From Eledone cirrhosa (taxonomy: Eukaryota), in the NCBI GenBank assembly GCA_964016885.1, contig OZ024741.1, positions 118,792,001-118,856,000 of the forward strand: DNA of 64,000 bases, written 5' to 3'. Of this stretch, positions 40,901 through 55,266 are shown in pieces; the stretch's first letter is position 1, and each line of letters begins with the position of its first letter. The notes beneath the pieces were generated by a model. It was not told the DNA's origin. It made no database searches and saw nothing but the letters and a program-made list of their open reading frames with translations. The position numbers were made by a program, and so were the translations under genes.

Positions 40901-43900
40901 TACTGTTGTTGTTATTGTTGTAGTTGTAACTGTTGTTGTTTTCGTTGTTACTGCTGTTGTTATTGATGTGGTTGTAACTGTTGTTGTTTTCGTTGCTACT
41001 GCTGTTGTTATTGTTGTTGGTGTAACTGTTGTTGTTTTCGTTGCTACTGCTGTTGTTATTGTTGTGGTTGTAACTGTTGTTGTTTTCGTTGCTACTGCTG
41101 TTGTTATTGTTGTGGTTGTAACTGTTGTTGTTTTCGTTGCTACTGCTGTTGTTATTGTTGTGGTTGTAACTGTTGTTGTTTTCGTTGCTACTGCTGTTGT
41201 TATTGTTGTGGTTGTAACTGTTGTAGTTTTAGTTGTTACTGCTGTTGTTATTGTTGTGGTTGTAACTGTTGTTGTTTTCGTTGTTACTGCTGTTGTTATT
41301 GTTGTGGTTGTAACTGTTGTTGTTTTAGTTGTTACTGCTGTTGTTATTGTTGTGGTTGTAACTGTTGTAGTTTTAATTGTTACTGCTGTTGTTATTGTTG
41401 TTGGTGTAACTGTTGTTGTTTTCGTTGCTACTGCTGTTGTTATTGTTGTTGTTGTAACTGTTGTTGTTTTCGTTGTTACTGCTGTTGTTATTGTTGTGGT
41501 TGTAACTGTTGTTGTTTTCGTTGTTACTGCTGTTGTTATTGTTGTGGTTGTAACTGTTGTTGTTTTCGTTGTTACTGTTGTTGTTATTGTTGTGGTTGTA
41601 ACTGTTGTTGTCTTAGTTGTTACTGCTGTTGTTATTGTTGTGGTTGTAACTGTTGTTGTTTTCGTTGCTACTGCTGTTGTTATTGTTGTGGTTGTAACTG
41701 TTGTTGTTTTAGTTGTTACTGCTGTTGTTATTGTTGTGGTTGTAACTGTTGTAGTTTTAGTTGCTACTGCTGTTGTTATTGTTGTGGTTGTAACTGTTGT
41801 TGTTTTAGTTGTTACTGCTGTTGTTATTGTTGTGGTTGTAACTGTTGTTGTTTTCGTTGTTACTGCTGTTGTTATTGTTGTGGTTGTAACTGTTGTAGTT
41901 TTAGTTGTTACTGCTGTTGTTATTGTTGTTGGTGTAACTATTGTTGTTTTCGTTGCTACTGCTGTTGTTATTGTTGTTGTTGTAACTGTTGTTGTTTTCG
42001 TTGTTACTGCTGTTGTTATTGTTGTGGTTGTAACTGTTGTTGTTTTCGTTGTTACTGCTGTTGTTATTGTTGTGGTTGTAACTGTTGTTGTTTTCGTTGT
42101 TACTGCTGTTGTTATTGTTGTGGTTGTAACTGTTGTTGTTTTAGTTGTTACTGCTGTTGTTATTGTTGTGGTTGTAACTGTTGTTGTTTTCGTTGTTACT
42201 GCTGTTGTTATTGTTGTGGTTGTAACTGTTGTTGTTTTAGTTGTTACTGCTGTTGTTATTGTTGTGGTTGTAACTGTTGTTGTTTTCGTTGTTACTGCTG
42301 TTGTTATTGTTGTGGTTGTAACTGTTGTTGTTTTAGTTGTTACTGCTGTTGTTATTGTTGTGGTTGTAACTGTTGTTGTTTTCGTTGTTACTGCTGTTGT
42401 TATTGTTGTGGTTGTAACTGTTGTTGTTTTCGTTGTTACTGTTGTAGTTATTGTTGTAGTTGTAACTGTTGTTGTTTTCGTTGTTACTGTTGTAGTTATT
42501 GTTGTGGTTGAAACTGTTGTTGTTTTCGTTGTTACTGTTGTTGTTATTGTTGTGGTTGTAACTGTTGTTGTTTTCGTTGTTACTGCTGTTGTTATTGTTG
42601 TGGTTGTAACTGTTGTTGTTATTGTTGTGGTTGTAACTGTTGTTGTTTTCTTTGTTACTGTTGTTGTTATTGTTGTGGTTATAACTGTTGTTGTTTTCGT
42701 TGTTACTGTTGTTGTTATTGTTGTAGTTGTAACTGTTGTTGTTTTCGTTGTTACTGCTGTTGTTATTGATGTGGTTGTAACTGTTGTTGTTTTCGTTGCT
42801 ACTGCTGTTGTTATTGTTGTTGGTGTAACTGTTGTTGTTTTCGTTGCTACTGCTGTTGTTATTGTTGTGGTTGTAACTGTTGTTGTTTTCGTTGCTACTG
42901 CTGTTGTTATTGTTGTGGTTGTAACTGTTGTTGTTTTCGTTGCTACTGCTGTTGTTATTGTTGTGGTTGTAACTGTTGTTGTTTTCGTTGCTACTGCTGT
43001 TGTTATTGTTGTGGTTGTAACTGTTGTAGTTTTAGTTGTTACTGCTGTTGTTATTGTTGTGGTTGTAACTGTTGTTGTTTTCGTTGTTACTGCTGTTGTT
43101 ATTGTTGTGGTTGTAACTGTTGTTGTTTTAGTTGTTACTGCTGTTGTTATTGTTGTGGTTGTAACTGTTGTAGTTTTAATTGTTACTGCTGTTGTTATTG
43201 TTGTTGGTGTAACTGTTGTTGTTTTCGTTGCTACTGCTGTTGTTATTGTTGTTGTTGTAACTGTTGTTGTTTTCGTTGTTACTGCTGTTGTTATTGTTGT
43301 GGTTGTAACTGTTGTAGTTTTAGTTGCTACTGTTGTTGTTATTGTTGTGGTTGTAACTGTTGTTGTCTTAGTTGTTACTGCTGTTGTTATTGTTTTCGTT
43401 GTTACTGCTGTTGTTATTGTTGTGGTTGTAACTGTTGTTGTTTTCGTTGTTACTGCTGTTGTTATTGTTGTGGTTGTAACTGTTGTTGTTTTAGTTGTTA
43501 CTGCTGTTGTTATTGTTGTGGTTGTAACTGTTGTAGTTTTAGTTGTTACTGCTGTTGTTATCCTTGTTGGTGTAACTGTTGTTGTTTTCGTTGCTACTGC
43601 TGTTGTTATTGTTGTTGTTGTAACTGTTGTTGTTTTCGTTGTTACTGCTGTTGTTATTGTTGTGGTTGTAACTGTTGTAGTTTTAGTTGCTACTGTTGTT
43701 GATATTGTTGTGGTTGTAACTGTTGTTGTCTTAGTTGTTACTGCTGTTGTTATTGTTTTCGTTGTTACTGCTGTTGTTATTGTTGTGGTTGTAACTGTTG
43801 TTGTTTTCGTTGTTACTGCTGTTGTTATTGTTGTGGTTGTAACTGTTGTTCTCTTAGTTGTAACTGTTGTTGTTATTGTTGTGGTTGTAACTGTTGTTGT

Positions 43901-44210
43901 CTTAGTTGTTACAGCTGTTGTTATTGTTTTGGTTGTAACTGTTGTTGTTTTCCTTGTTACTCCTGTTGTTATTGTTGTAGTTGTAACTGTTGTTGTTTTC
44001 GTTGTTACTGTTGTTGTTATTGTTGTGGTTGTAACTGTTGTTGTTTTCGTTGTTACTGTTGTCGGTATTGTTGTGGTTGGAACTGTTGTTGTTTTCGTTG
44101 TTACTGGTGTTGTTATTGTTGTAGTTGTAACTGTTGTTGTTTTCGTTGTTACTGTTGTTGTTATTGTTGTGGTTGTAACTGTTGTTTTCGTCGTTACTGC
44201 TGTTGATGTT
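37970..44210. repeat. GTT-derived minisatellite: 25/27-bp units grading into 47/48-bp units, with an 1803-bp higher-order duplication
   Basis: Unit gttgtaactgttgttgttttcgttgttactgctgttgttattgttgtg; rare variants recur 1803 bp apart (39808/41611, 40701/42504). Confidence 0.97.
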
Positions 44211-44273
44211 ACACCAACAATAAATGGTTGCAGTTGGTTACCTTTCTTTTCGGATGTATGTGTATGAGTATTT
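39206..44273 (-). CDS. Candidate mucin-like Thr-rich exon (TTTVTTTTITTAVTTK repeats, ~1690 codons)
   Basis: Stop-free minus frame from a possible cttacag| acceptor: NTHTHTSEKKGNQLQPFIVGVTSTAVTTK...; indels in this span are multiples of 3; TAA at 39206-39208 follows a 1-bp deletion. Confidence 0.4.
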
Positions 44274-44299
44274 CTGTAAGTGCGTGCATGGACACACTT

Positions 44300-44520
44300 T
44301 GTATAATACGCGCGGGTTTTTTTTCTCTCAATTTATTTTCCCGCCTCTTCTTATTCTCACCCTTTATCTTTCTATGTCATCTTTTATTTCTCATTCTATC
44401 TTCTGACGGAGGACTACTGTCCGAAACGTTAAGACTCTTTTTCTGCTATTTCAGGCGTTAAACTAATACATTTTATTATTGCAGCGTGTCGTTTGCTTTG
44501 TTATTTTGGTTTCCTTTTTA
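44300..44520 (+). mobile_element. PLE-like pLTR fragment with hammerhead-like motif
   Basis: CTGACGG-a-ggac-tact-gtcc-GAAA-cgtt...ggcgtt; related to 21383-21570. Confidence 0.55.
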
Positions 44521-44571
44521 CACACACACACATACACACACAGAGATGTGTGTGTGTATATATATATATAT

Positions 44572-45177
44572 GTCAGGTCACCAGTTGGTGCTACTGGTAA
44601 CATGTATCCCAGTACAACCTGTCTCATGGTCGGGTCGTTGGCGACTAAACTGGCAACCCCACCAAGGTTTCTTGGTGAGGAGGGTGACTTTGGACATCCT
44701 GCAGGACTAAAAACAAAACCTGTCAAAGGGCAAGGGAGCTCTTAAGACTCAATAGCCATCCAAAATCACCGGGAGAGATGACCCCTTAGCCTTTGTCAAG
44801 GCAGAATTCTAGGAGAAGGAAAACTCTGATATAACACCTGCAACCCTGATGGTATCCAATGATGTTGACTTGTTCTTCTTTTTGGTAAATATCATCTTGG
44901 TTAAGAGAGTGGGACTGGCTTTGTGCAGTGCCTTTGCTCACTATAAAAGCTTCACAGCACAGGCATTGCTTTATATCTGGAGATCTCTCTGCACTTGTCA
45001 TCACATGGTACCATGGGCCCTGCACTATGTGTCAATAATGGTCACAAGTGTAGTCTTTGTACCAGAGTTTTCAAGTCGCTGGCTGGACTAAAAAGTCACA
45101 TTCGTTCAGCGCATCGGTAGGGGTTCTCCTACATGGATATAAAGTAGTGGCCGTACTCGAAAACGAGTTGGCAGCCA

Positions 45178-45180
<3 letters not shown>
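44572..45180 (+). mobile_element. Internally deleted (bipartite) RTE derivative
   Basis: Structured 5' end; 45049-45120 encodes CSLCTRVFKSLAGLKSHIRSAHR*, matching the last finger of the RTE; 3' end ctcgaaaacgag..gcagccacca(TA)n. Confidence 0.8.
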
Positions 45181-45223
<43 letters not shown>

Positions 45224-45369
45224 GAGCATATATGGTGTTGTTGTTACAACTCACACCTGCGGAGGTTTAACTGACCTCCTTCCAGATTGCATATTATAGA
45301 AGGTCTCTTGGGTGATTTTAATGAGGGGAGCCTTTAGTCTTATCAACTCTATCTCAATTCTTTCAGTAA

Positions 45370-46550
45370 TAGGGGGCGGCATTTGAACTAAAAACACGCA
45401 AAGTCAGAACAAATACCGCAAGGCATCATACCCGACACTAACCATTCACTCAATAAACCGCCTCGGGATTGGTACTTTACTTATCGATTTCCTAAGGATG
45501 AAACGTGAAGTTGGCCTTGCTAGCGTTTGAACGTAGGACACAGAGAACTGGAACAAACACCGTGTGTCATTTATTCCGCTGCTCTAACCATTCTGAATAT
45601 AAAGCTGTTTGAGTGTGCACGTGTGTGTGTGTTTATGTGTACGTGTAAGTCATTGAACATGCTCAAGTGCAGTTCATGTGCGATTTGTGTGTGTTTAGTC
45701 ACCAGCTCATTCATCTCATCTTATTTAGGACAAAGTGTATATTAGTATGAATACAATATTTGATGTGTCACTTTCAAAGAGGTTTTTAAGAAGATTTAGT
45801 TCGTATTTCTGACTAGAGGTTTCCTGTATTTGTTGTTTGTGTATAGTACACGTCTTGATGCAGCATGGCCGAATGGTTAAGGAGTTCGTCTTGCAATCCT
45901 AAGGTTCGATACAGTTGGCTGGTGTCGTGGGAAAATGTCATTTACCATAGGCTCAGCTCGACTCATGCTTTGTGAATGAAATTGCGAAGACGGAATCTGT
46001 TTGGAAGGCCATCGGATGGACTGTACATGTAATTCAAAACGCAACCCCTTACATTAAGGATACACGTGTCTATGAAATGCTCAGTTCCTTACACGTTAGT
46101 TTTATGAGAAGGCTGTTCTGTTGGTCGAACAACAGGAACACTCATCGTCGAAATCCGACAGAGGTCCATCCCTAAGGCGCACGCGTGTTATTTTCTTTTT
46201 TGTTTTGCATTCTGAATTCAATTTATATCAAAGCTAACTTTGCTTTTCATGTTTCCGAGGTCGATACAATCGAGTACCAGTAAAGCACTGGAGGCGATAT
46301 AATCAACTTTTCCTCGCCATAAATTGCTGTCTTTGTGCCTAGATCTTAAAACCATTGTTTAGGGTAGGTAGATTGGCAGAATCGTTAAAACGATAAAAAA
46401 AATTACGGTATTTTACGTTCTGAGTTCAAATTCCGCCAAAGTCATCTTTGTCTTTCATCCTTCCGGGTCGTACTTCAGACACATACTAGGGTTGATCTAA
46501 TCGACTTTCCCTTCCTCACAAACCGTTGGCCTTGTGTATAAATTTAGAAA
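45370..46550. mobile_element. Cluster of degenerate tRNA-derived SINEs
   Basis: Nin-like copies at 45370-45600 (-), 46210-46340 and 46365-46550 (+); tRNA-head SINE at 45862-46175. Confidence 0.65.
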
Positions 46551-48054
46551 TAATCATTTTCCAAATGTGACTTGCTATAGAAGAACTTTCGACATGGAAC
46601 AATGAGAAGGAAATAGAAAACAAGAAATGGCGGGAAACATCGTGGAAGGCAAGAAAAAGATCCTAATAAAACAAAACAGAAATAACTCCGAAAGAAAGCA
46701 AACAAAAATGTAAAGAGATGCCTATCTTATTCCCCACCTCGCATTGAAATTTACAGTTTTTTTTACAACAAAAAAAAAATTATGGGATACACATAACCAT
46801 CTTTGGAACAAATTTAGTGCAGATTGGTGAGGCTATGAGTTCCGAATATGAGTTCGGATTAGTAACCCTTTTGATACCAACCCGCCAGAAACTGACTTCG
46901 GTTTCATTTTACAAAACATCGTCACTAGTTTAAGACCTCTCGATAAAAACAGACACGAATTACAGGAAGTCAATTAGCTATTACTAGATTTTTTTCTTTA
47001 TCTTCTTTTGTATTCTTCTTTTGCCTCTCGTTGGCCTTACATTTTTTTTATGTCTTTGTCTATCGTGTTTCTGTTTCTTAACTACCCTGGCCTGCCATGG
47101 CTTATTAGCTATATACGAACGGCTAAATTGATTAAATACATAAATACCAGTCTGCGATGTCATCGCCCTTCTGACCAAATATCTATGCAGAAGAGCTTAT
47201 CTCTCCGTCACCATCCCACTCAATTTCCTTTCTTTTGAAATCAGGATCAAACCCCGAAATATAATAAAACATAAAGTACAATTATAAACTGTTGCTTTTT
47301 TTGTCGTACATCACTCTCTTTCATTCCTTTATTTGTAATTTGCATTATATTGACTTTACCAAAACAATTTTAACCTCAAAACCTCAAATCCAAACCGTTC
47401 ATAATATTTATTTTAAAGAAACTTTTATTAAGTTATGTTCCAAACCCCAGCTTGATAACAGGAAGATCATTCGTATTACTTAATCCTTCTAAATATTTTT
47501 ATTATTTTCAAAATTATTTCAGACACAGGCAATTTAGTAAAAATAGGGTTAATAAAAGCCCTCAAACTACGGAGAATTTTACGTAAACCTTCAGTAGATC
47601 GTCGATCTTTTCTTCGCACGAGCACTTTTAGAACGGGTGACTGCGTGTTCCAGAAAAGATATTGCAGAGAGAGCTTTTGAGGGACTGATCTGACCCGGCT
47701 GAGGTTTTCTCACTCGTGGGCGGGTAGGGTACCCAATTTGTGTTTTACATTTTTGAAATCATATCTTCTTTTAACTATTGTTTGTTTTATATCATTTTAT
47801 ATTTATTTCGTATCAAAATGATTATATGTTTATTCTATAAAGTCCCCAAGTCTCCCCTTATTTTGTATCTAACTTAGTCTTGTCCGCTTCCACCCCACAC
47901 ATATTTATCTAACCACCCCCAAGCATAATGGTTTATTTGTATGTTTGGGCCTTTGTGGCTAATAAAGAAATTATTATTATTATTATTATCATCATTATCA
48001 TCGTTATTGTTATTATTTTTATTAATATTATTATCATTTTTCACTTCTGGGATT

Positions 48055-48140
48055 TCCCATGCCACAACGCTAGTATTAATACGCTTTACCAATATCAAAA
48101 GCTACATTAATGACTTTGAAGTTGTTGCTAATCGTTAACA
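48055..48140 (-). pseudogene. Tiny, highly decayed LINE RT remnant
   Basis: VAFDIGKAY...WH resembles the ALDISKAFDRVWH motif. Confidence 0.35.
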
Positions 48141-48359
48141 GCTGCTATCTCCCCTCCTACATCATCCCTACCTCACAGTCATCTAACTTTATTCTTCCAT
48201 ATCACCATCTCCTTTTTACTCTATTCTCTTTTCTGTTCACCATTTTCACCAACTTCCACTATATGCCATGACGTCATAATACAACAGTCGCATCAATGCA
48301 TCAATTGGTTCTGCGTACATAAAACATTTCCCCAAACGCTGAAACATTTTTAGTTGTGA

Positions 48360-48990
48360 TAAAGACACATGGTCTAGTGGTTAGCATGCTGGACTTCCGA
48401 TCATAATGCCGTTGGTTCGATTCCTAGACTGGGTAGCACGTTGTATTCTTGAGCAAGATACTTCATTTCTATTTGCTCCCTCCGCCTGAAATTGCAAATA
48501 GTATCAGCAATGGAATAAACAATAGACACATCTTCCTCCGTCCACCATGAGGAAGTTCCAATTATCGTCAAGCCCTCCACGTGGTGAATCACACGAGCTG
48601 TTAGAAATAGCAAGTAAATCTCCCTCAAATCATACTTTAACATATTAAAAGTAAGATAAGAAATGACACGATACGGATGGATTCCCCGTCGATTTCGACG
48701 ATGAGTGTTCCAGTTGTTCCATCAACTGTATCTCCAACTCATGAATTAACATGTAAGTATCCCACAGACAGGTGGAACCTTAACGCAATTCTCAGGTAGA
48801 AGAATCGGCGTGACATGTTGTGTGGCAAAGGTAGACTTTTGAATTATGAGAACAACCCATCCGACAGACTTCTGCCAAGTATCCGTCGATTCAATATCAA
48901 ACACAAGTCTTGGGTCAACCCGGGGCTATGGTAAAGACACAGTGAAATTATACAGATGATCTCATGATTGCTAATTGAACTCCTTTACTA
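48360..48990. mobile_element. tRNA-derived SINE(s)
   Basis: tggtctagtggttagc...ggttcgattcct...gtattcttgagcaagatacttcatt. Confidence 0.6.
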
Positions 48991-49189
48991 TACAGTAACA
49001 CCTACCTAATTCACATTACTCAATATTTTCCTGAAATGAGGTTACTTTTAAAAAATGAGACAGGATGGTTAATGTTAAAAGGCATTTGCTCAGAAATCTG
49101 TTTAATTAAGGACCGACATGGGTTAAAGAACAGCAGCAACAACGACGACGTCGTCGTCACTTCCTTTACACTTTCCATAATATGTTTTC

Positions 49190-49348
49190 ATTCATTCTAT
49201 GTATTCTGTCATTCGGTGTATTCTGTCATTCGGTGTATTCTGTCATTCTATGTATTCTGTCATTCGGTGTATTCTGTCATTCTATGTATTCTGTCATTCG
49301 GTGTATTCTGTCATTCGGTGTATTCTGTCATTCTATGTATTCTGTCAT
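49190..49348. repeat. 17-bp minisatellite
   Basis: tgtattctgtcattc(gg/ta), about 9 copies. Confidence 0.9.
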
Positions 49349-49503
49349 CCTCAATAAAAAAAAGAGACATCTACACGAAGAACTAATATTCTTATTTTAT
49401 TCTTCTGCCTTTACACACATACACATATATATATATATGATTGTATATACATATATATACATACCTATACATATATACATACACACACACACACACACAC
49501 ACA

Positions 49504-49543
<40 letters not shown>

Positions 49544-49594
49544 CATATATATATATTTACATATATACATATATTTTATATATATATATATATA

Positions 49595-49695
<101 letters not shown>

Positions 49696-49733
49696 CATAT
49701 ATATATTTACATATATACATATATATATATATA

Positions 49734-51007
49734 CTCTTTTACCTGTTTCAGCCATCCGGCTGAGGCCATGCTGGGGCACCGCCCTTGTTGCTACACATTT
49801 TATCTCCAGCCTGTATAGGTTGGCCACTGGTGTAGGAGGGAGTTTGTTGCTGCTGCCCTTAGGTTTCCCTCGTGTCTTGCTGTGGGCTCATCCGGGATCC
49901 TGGATAACAAGGTGTCGAGATGTTTCTTAAAGACATCCACCTCCACGTCATGCAAGTCTCGCAGATGCCTCGGCAGCCTGTTGAAGAGTTGAGGGCCCTT
50001 GAATCCCAGGCTATTGCAATACCTGCTCCTTATTCTAGATGTGGAAGACGGGACCTTTGGCACCACACAGTGACGTCCTGTTCGACGGTTGGTCCAGCTC
50101 CCAATGCCAAAGTTTGGTGCTAGTCCCTCCAGGATTTTCCACATGTAGATCACTGCGTATCTCTCCCGTCTTCGCTCCAAGGAGTAGAGGTTCAGTTCCT
50201 TCAGCCTCTCCCAGTAGCTTGTCTCCCTCATCTTGGCAATCCTCTTGGTGTAGCTTCGCTGGATTGCCTCAAGCTCCGTGGTTAGTTTGACACTATGGGG
50301 TGACCACAGCTGGGAGCAGTAGTCCAGGCGGCTTAGGACAAAAGTCCTCCACAGTGTCAACATGGTGTCTCGATCTCTTGTAAGGAAAGTCCTCAAGATC
50401 CAGCCAGCGAATCGTCTACATGCTGTCGCCACCTTCATGATGTGTGAAGAAAAAGATGCATCATCGCTCATGTCTATGCCCAGGTCTCGTATCGATTTTG
50501 ACACGGGGATATCGGTCCCTCCTGGTCCTGTGTAGCTGTGTTCCGCTATATTTGTGTTTGTGTTTGCAGGTTTGTATTGTAGGGCTTGGAATTTGCCAGC
50601 ATTAAACTGCATGTTGTTTTCTTCCGCCCATCTGTATATGGCATCCAGATCCTGCTGTAAGAGGGCAGCGTCAGCCGGGTTTTTGATTGCCTGTGCTACC
50701 TTAGTGTCATCAGCATAGCTAGTGAGGGATGTTGTTGCATGCACCACAGAGGGCATGTCCGAGAGAGCCACCAAAAACAGTAGTGGTCCCGGGACTGTCC
50801 CCTGAGGCACCCCACTTGTTATCGGTGTTTCCCTCGAGAGGGCCCCATTTGCTGCGACTGCCTGGCTTCTGTCCCTCAGGAAGCCATGCAGCCACTCACC
50901 TACTTTTCCAGTTATGCCGAGTCCGTGTAGTTTGTGACATATCATTCCGTGGTCGACCTTGTCAAAGGCCTTCGCAAAGTCAAGATATATCACGTCTACA
51001 TGTGAGC
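49734..51007 (-). mobile_element. 5'-truncated CR1-like LINE, RT to 3' end, frame intact
   Basis: YLDFAKAFDKVDH, SGVPQGTV.GP, YADDTK, RDLG, SRLDYCSQLWSP; (TA)n flanks. Confidence 0.92.
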
Positions 51008-51030
51008 TATATATATAATATATGTATATA

Positions 51031-51856
51031 TAGAAAGGCGACTCTGGGGTCGGCGAGACATATGCAGGAGGACAAAGGTAAAGGTGTACAGGGCATGTGT
51101 ACTCTCTTGTCTTCTTTATGCCTGCGAGACCTGGGTCACATATCGACGCCACCTTAAGCAATTGGAGCGTTTCCATCAGATGTGTCTCAGACGGATACAT
51201 GGCGTTCACTGGAGGGACCACATCAGTGATGTCGAGATTTTGGAAAGCTCTATGTGTGACAGTATAGAAGCTCTTGTGCTTAAGCAGCGACTCCGTTGGA
51301 GTGGTCACCTTGCCAGGATGAAGGATTCTAGAATACCAAAACAACTCTTCTATGGAGAGTTGGTTAAAGGAAAACGACCGCCACATAAACCAAAAAAGAG
51401 GTATAAGGATTCCTTGAAGGCCTCTCTGAAAGACGCTAACATCTCTGCTGATACATGGGAAAATATTGCTGCTGATCGTAGTAAATGGAGAAAGACTGTA
51501 TATGAGGGAAAAGTTGCCTTTGAGGCATCTCGAATCGCACACGAGAAAGTAAGGCGGGACGTGAGGAAGGGTATTGCTGTTGCACTTCCAGACGGCGATC
51601 ATCTTCGCAGTCATAAAGTAAGACCAGTGGTTGACTACCAGGCTGCTGTTGGAGATGCTACTCATCATGCTTGCCAAACATGTGGTAGAGAATGTAAATC
51701 AGCAGGAGGACTCAAGCGACATGCAAAAGTACACGAACTCCAACCACAGCCGACTATTCCCAGTAAATGTTTTGGTTGCCGACTCTGTGCAAGACATTTT
51801 AGATCATTGGCTGGGCTAAAAAGCCACATTCGATCGCAGCACTGTTAGTTGCTATC

Positions 51857-51898
<42 letters not shown>

Positions 51899-51977
51899 GC
51901 TTATGTGCGTGCGTGTGTGTGTATATATATATGAATATGTATATTATTATTGTTGTTGTCGTTATTATTATTATTGC

Positions 51978-52026
<49 letters not shown>

Positions 52027-52148
52027 GTTATTAATGTATGTGTGTATATATGTGTGAGTGTATGTGTATGTATGTGTGTGTGTATATATGTATGTATGTG
52101 TATGTATGTGTGTGTGTATATATATGTGTATATATATATATGTGTATA

Positions 52149-52179
<31 letters not shown>

Positions 52180-52209
52180 CTTTTCCCTTTTTTTTTTTTT
52201 TTTTTTTTT

Positions 52210-52254
<45 letters not shown>

Positions 52255-52323
52255 TTTTTTTTTTAATTTTATTTTATTTTTTTTTTTTATTGTGCAATGG
52301 CCATACTCGATAACGAGGGGGCA

Positions 52324-52330
<7 letters not shown>
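51031..52330 (+). mobile_element. 5'-truncated RTE LINE, same family as 35522; first zinc finger deleted in frame
   Basis: Near-identical to 36005-36892 except for a 69-bp deletion; same 3' terminus. Confidence 0.93.
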
Positions 52331-52370
<40 letters not shown>

Positions 52371-52377
52371 TATATAC

Positions 52378-52429
<52 letters not shown>

Positions 52430-52431
<2 letters not shown>

Positions 52432-52620
52432 AGTAAGTAAGACCCCAACGGCTGAGCTCAAGCCGTTTCGACGGCTAATTCAGTACAGAATTAGCCGTCG
52501 AAACGGCTTGAGCTCAGCCGTCGGGGTCTTACTTACTCCTATTACCCACTCTACTACCCTAAGTATTGAGTACTTTGGTGCGTTATGGTCCACCTGGTTC
52601 CTTACCTCTTTTCCCTCGCT
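52430..52620 (+). mobile_element. Family A fold-back element, copy 7
   Basis: Centre ctaattcagtacagaattag; tail; (TA)n flanks. Confidence 0.85.
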
Positions 52621-53933
<1,313 letters not shown>

Positions 53934-53939
<6 letters not shown>

Positions 53940-54012
53940 GTTCCAAAAAAATGTATAGATACTTGAAAAGCATTCTAATCACAGTGTGTATACATTTTTG
54001 GGAGACACCCTG
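53934..54012. mobile_element. ~79-bp Tc1/mariner-type MITE
   Basis: tagggtgttccaaaaaaatg...catttttgggagacaccctg; homologous to 29272-29348. Confidence 0.65.
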
Positions 54013-54194
54013 AATATATAGCAAGGGTAAAAATATAACAATTTGCATGTCGAGAACTATACAGGAGAGTACATGATTGCCAAATAATGTTATATAAAGC
54101 TCAATGTGTTTATGTAGTTATGGGTGGAAGACATGAAAAATATATTTTAGGAAAAAGATACAGAAATATAGACGTAAACACACATATACATTTG

Positions 54195-54537
54195 TATGTA
54201 TGTGTGAATTTATATCTAAGTAAGTATATGTATTTATATATATATATATGTACTTGCGTATATATATTTATATATATTTGTATATATGTGTGAATTTATA
54301 TCTAAGTAAGTATATGTATTTATATATATCTAAGTAAGTATATGTATTTATATATATATATGTACTTGCGTATATATATATTTATATATATTTGTATATG
54401 TGTGAATTTATATCTAAGTAAGTATATGTATTTATATATATCTATGTACTTGCGTATATGTATTTATATATATTTGTATATATGTGTGAATTTATATCTA
54501 AGTAAGTATATGTATTTATATATATCTATGTACTTGC

Positions 54538-54592
<55 letters not shown>

Positions 54593-54690
54593 TAAGTATA
54601 TGTATTTATATATATCTATATACTTGTGTATTTATATATATCTATATATTTGTATATATATATATATACATATTTAAGTAAGTATATGTA
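54195..54690. repeat. AT-rich tandem repeat of ~90-bp units
   Basis: tgtgtgaatttatatctaagtaagtatatgtattta...tgtacttgcgta, 4-5 copies. Confidence 0.8.
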
Positions 54691-54777
54691 TGTATGTATG
54701 TATGTACATATTGATATACATAAATGTGTATTTATATGTGCATGAGTGTGTATATAACACACACACACGCGCGCACG

Positions 54778-54880
<103 letters not shown>

Positions 54881-55266
54881 CCTGTTCATAGACCATTATT
54901 TTGTTCTTATTTCTCAAATGTTTTCTTTTCTTTGCTTCTATTTTGCTGACTTTGCTATGTTCTTTATTATCGTCAGCTGGGAGCAGAAAGACCTACTTTA
55001 TCATCTTTACACAGAAAAAAGATTGTCTTAACGTATTTCATATATCATTGTCTCCTCGTCAGAAGAGACAATAACTTGTTTCCTCTTCAGAAGAGACAAT
55101 AACATATTTGTAATGATTTGAAGTGTTTTACACTTCCTTCATTTAATAACGAAATCTTCTAATAACAGAAAAATTGCAGATATATCTACATTAGATTTAT
55201 CGTAATTTCTTTTATATATATATATATATTTATATATACATATATATACTGTATATATATATATAT

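Noticed and set aside
39180-44267. 1695-aa poly-Val and 493-aa Cys-rich plus-strand ORFs
   Set aside because: By-products of a GTT-based repeat; implausible compositions; the minus-strand Thr frame is the only realistic one
44572-44690. HDV-like ribozyme at the RTE-derived 5' end
   Set aside because: Hairpins are present, but I could not place P1, the L3 UCC motif and P1.1 in the required order
49800-51677. 625-aa ORF as one protein
   Set aside because: Chance fusion of antisense RTE sequence, a TA run and a CR1-like RT fragment
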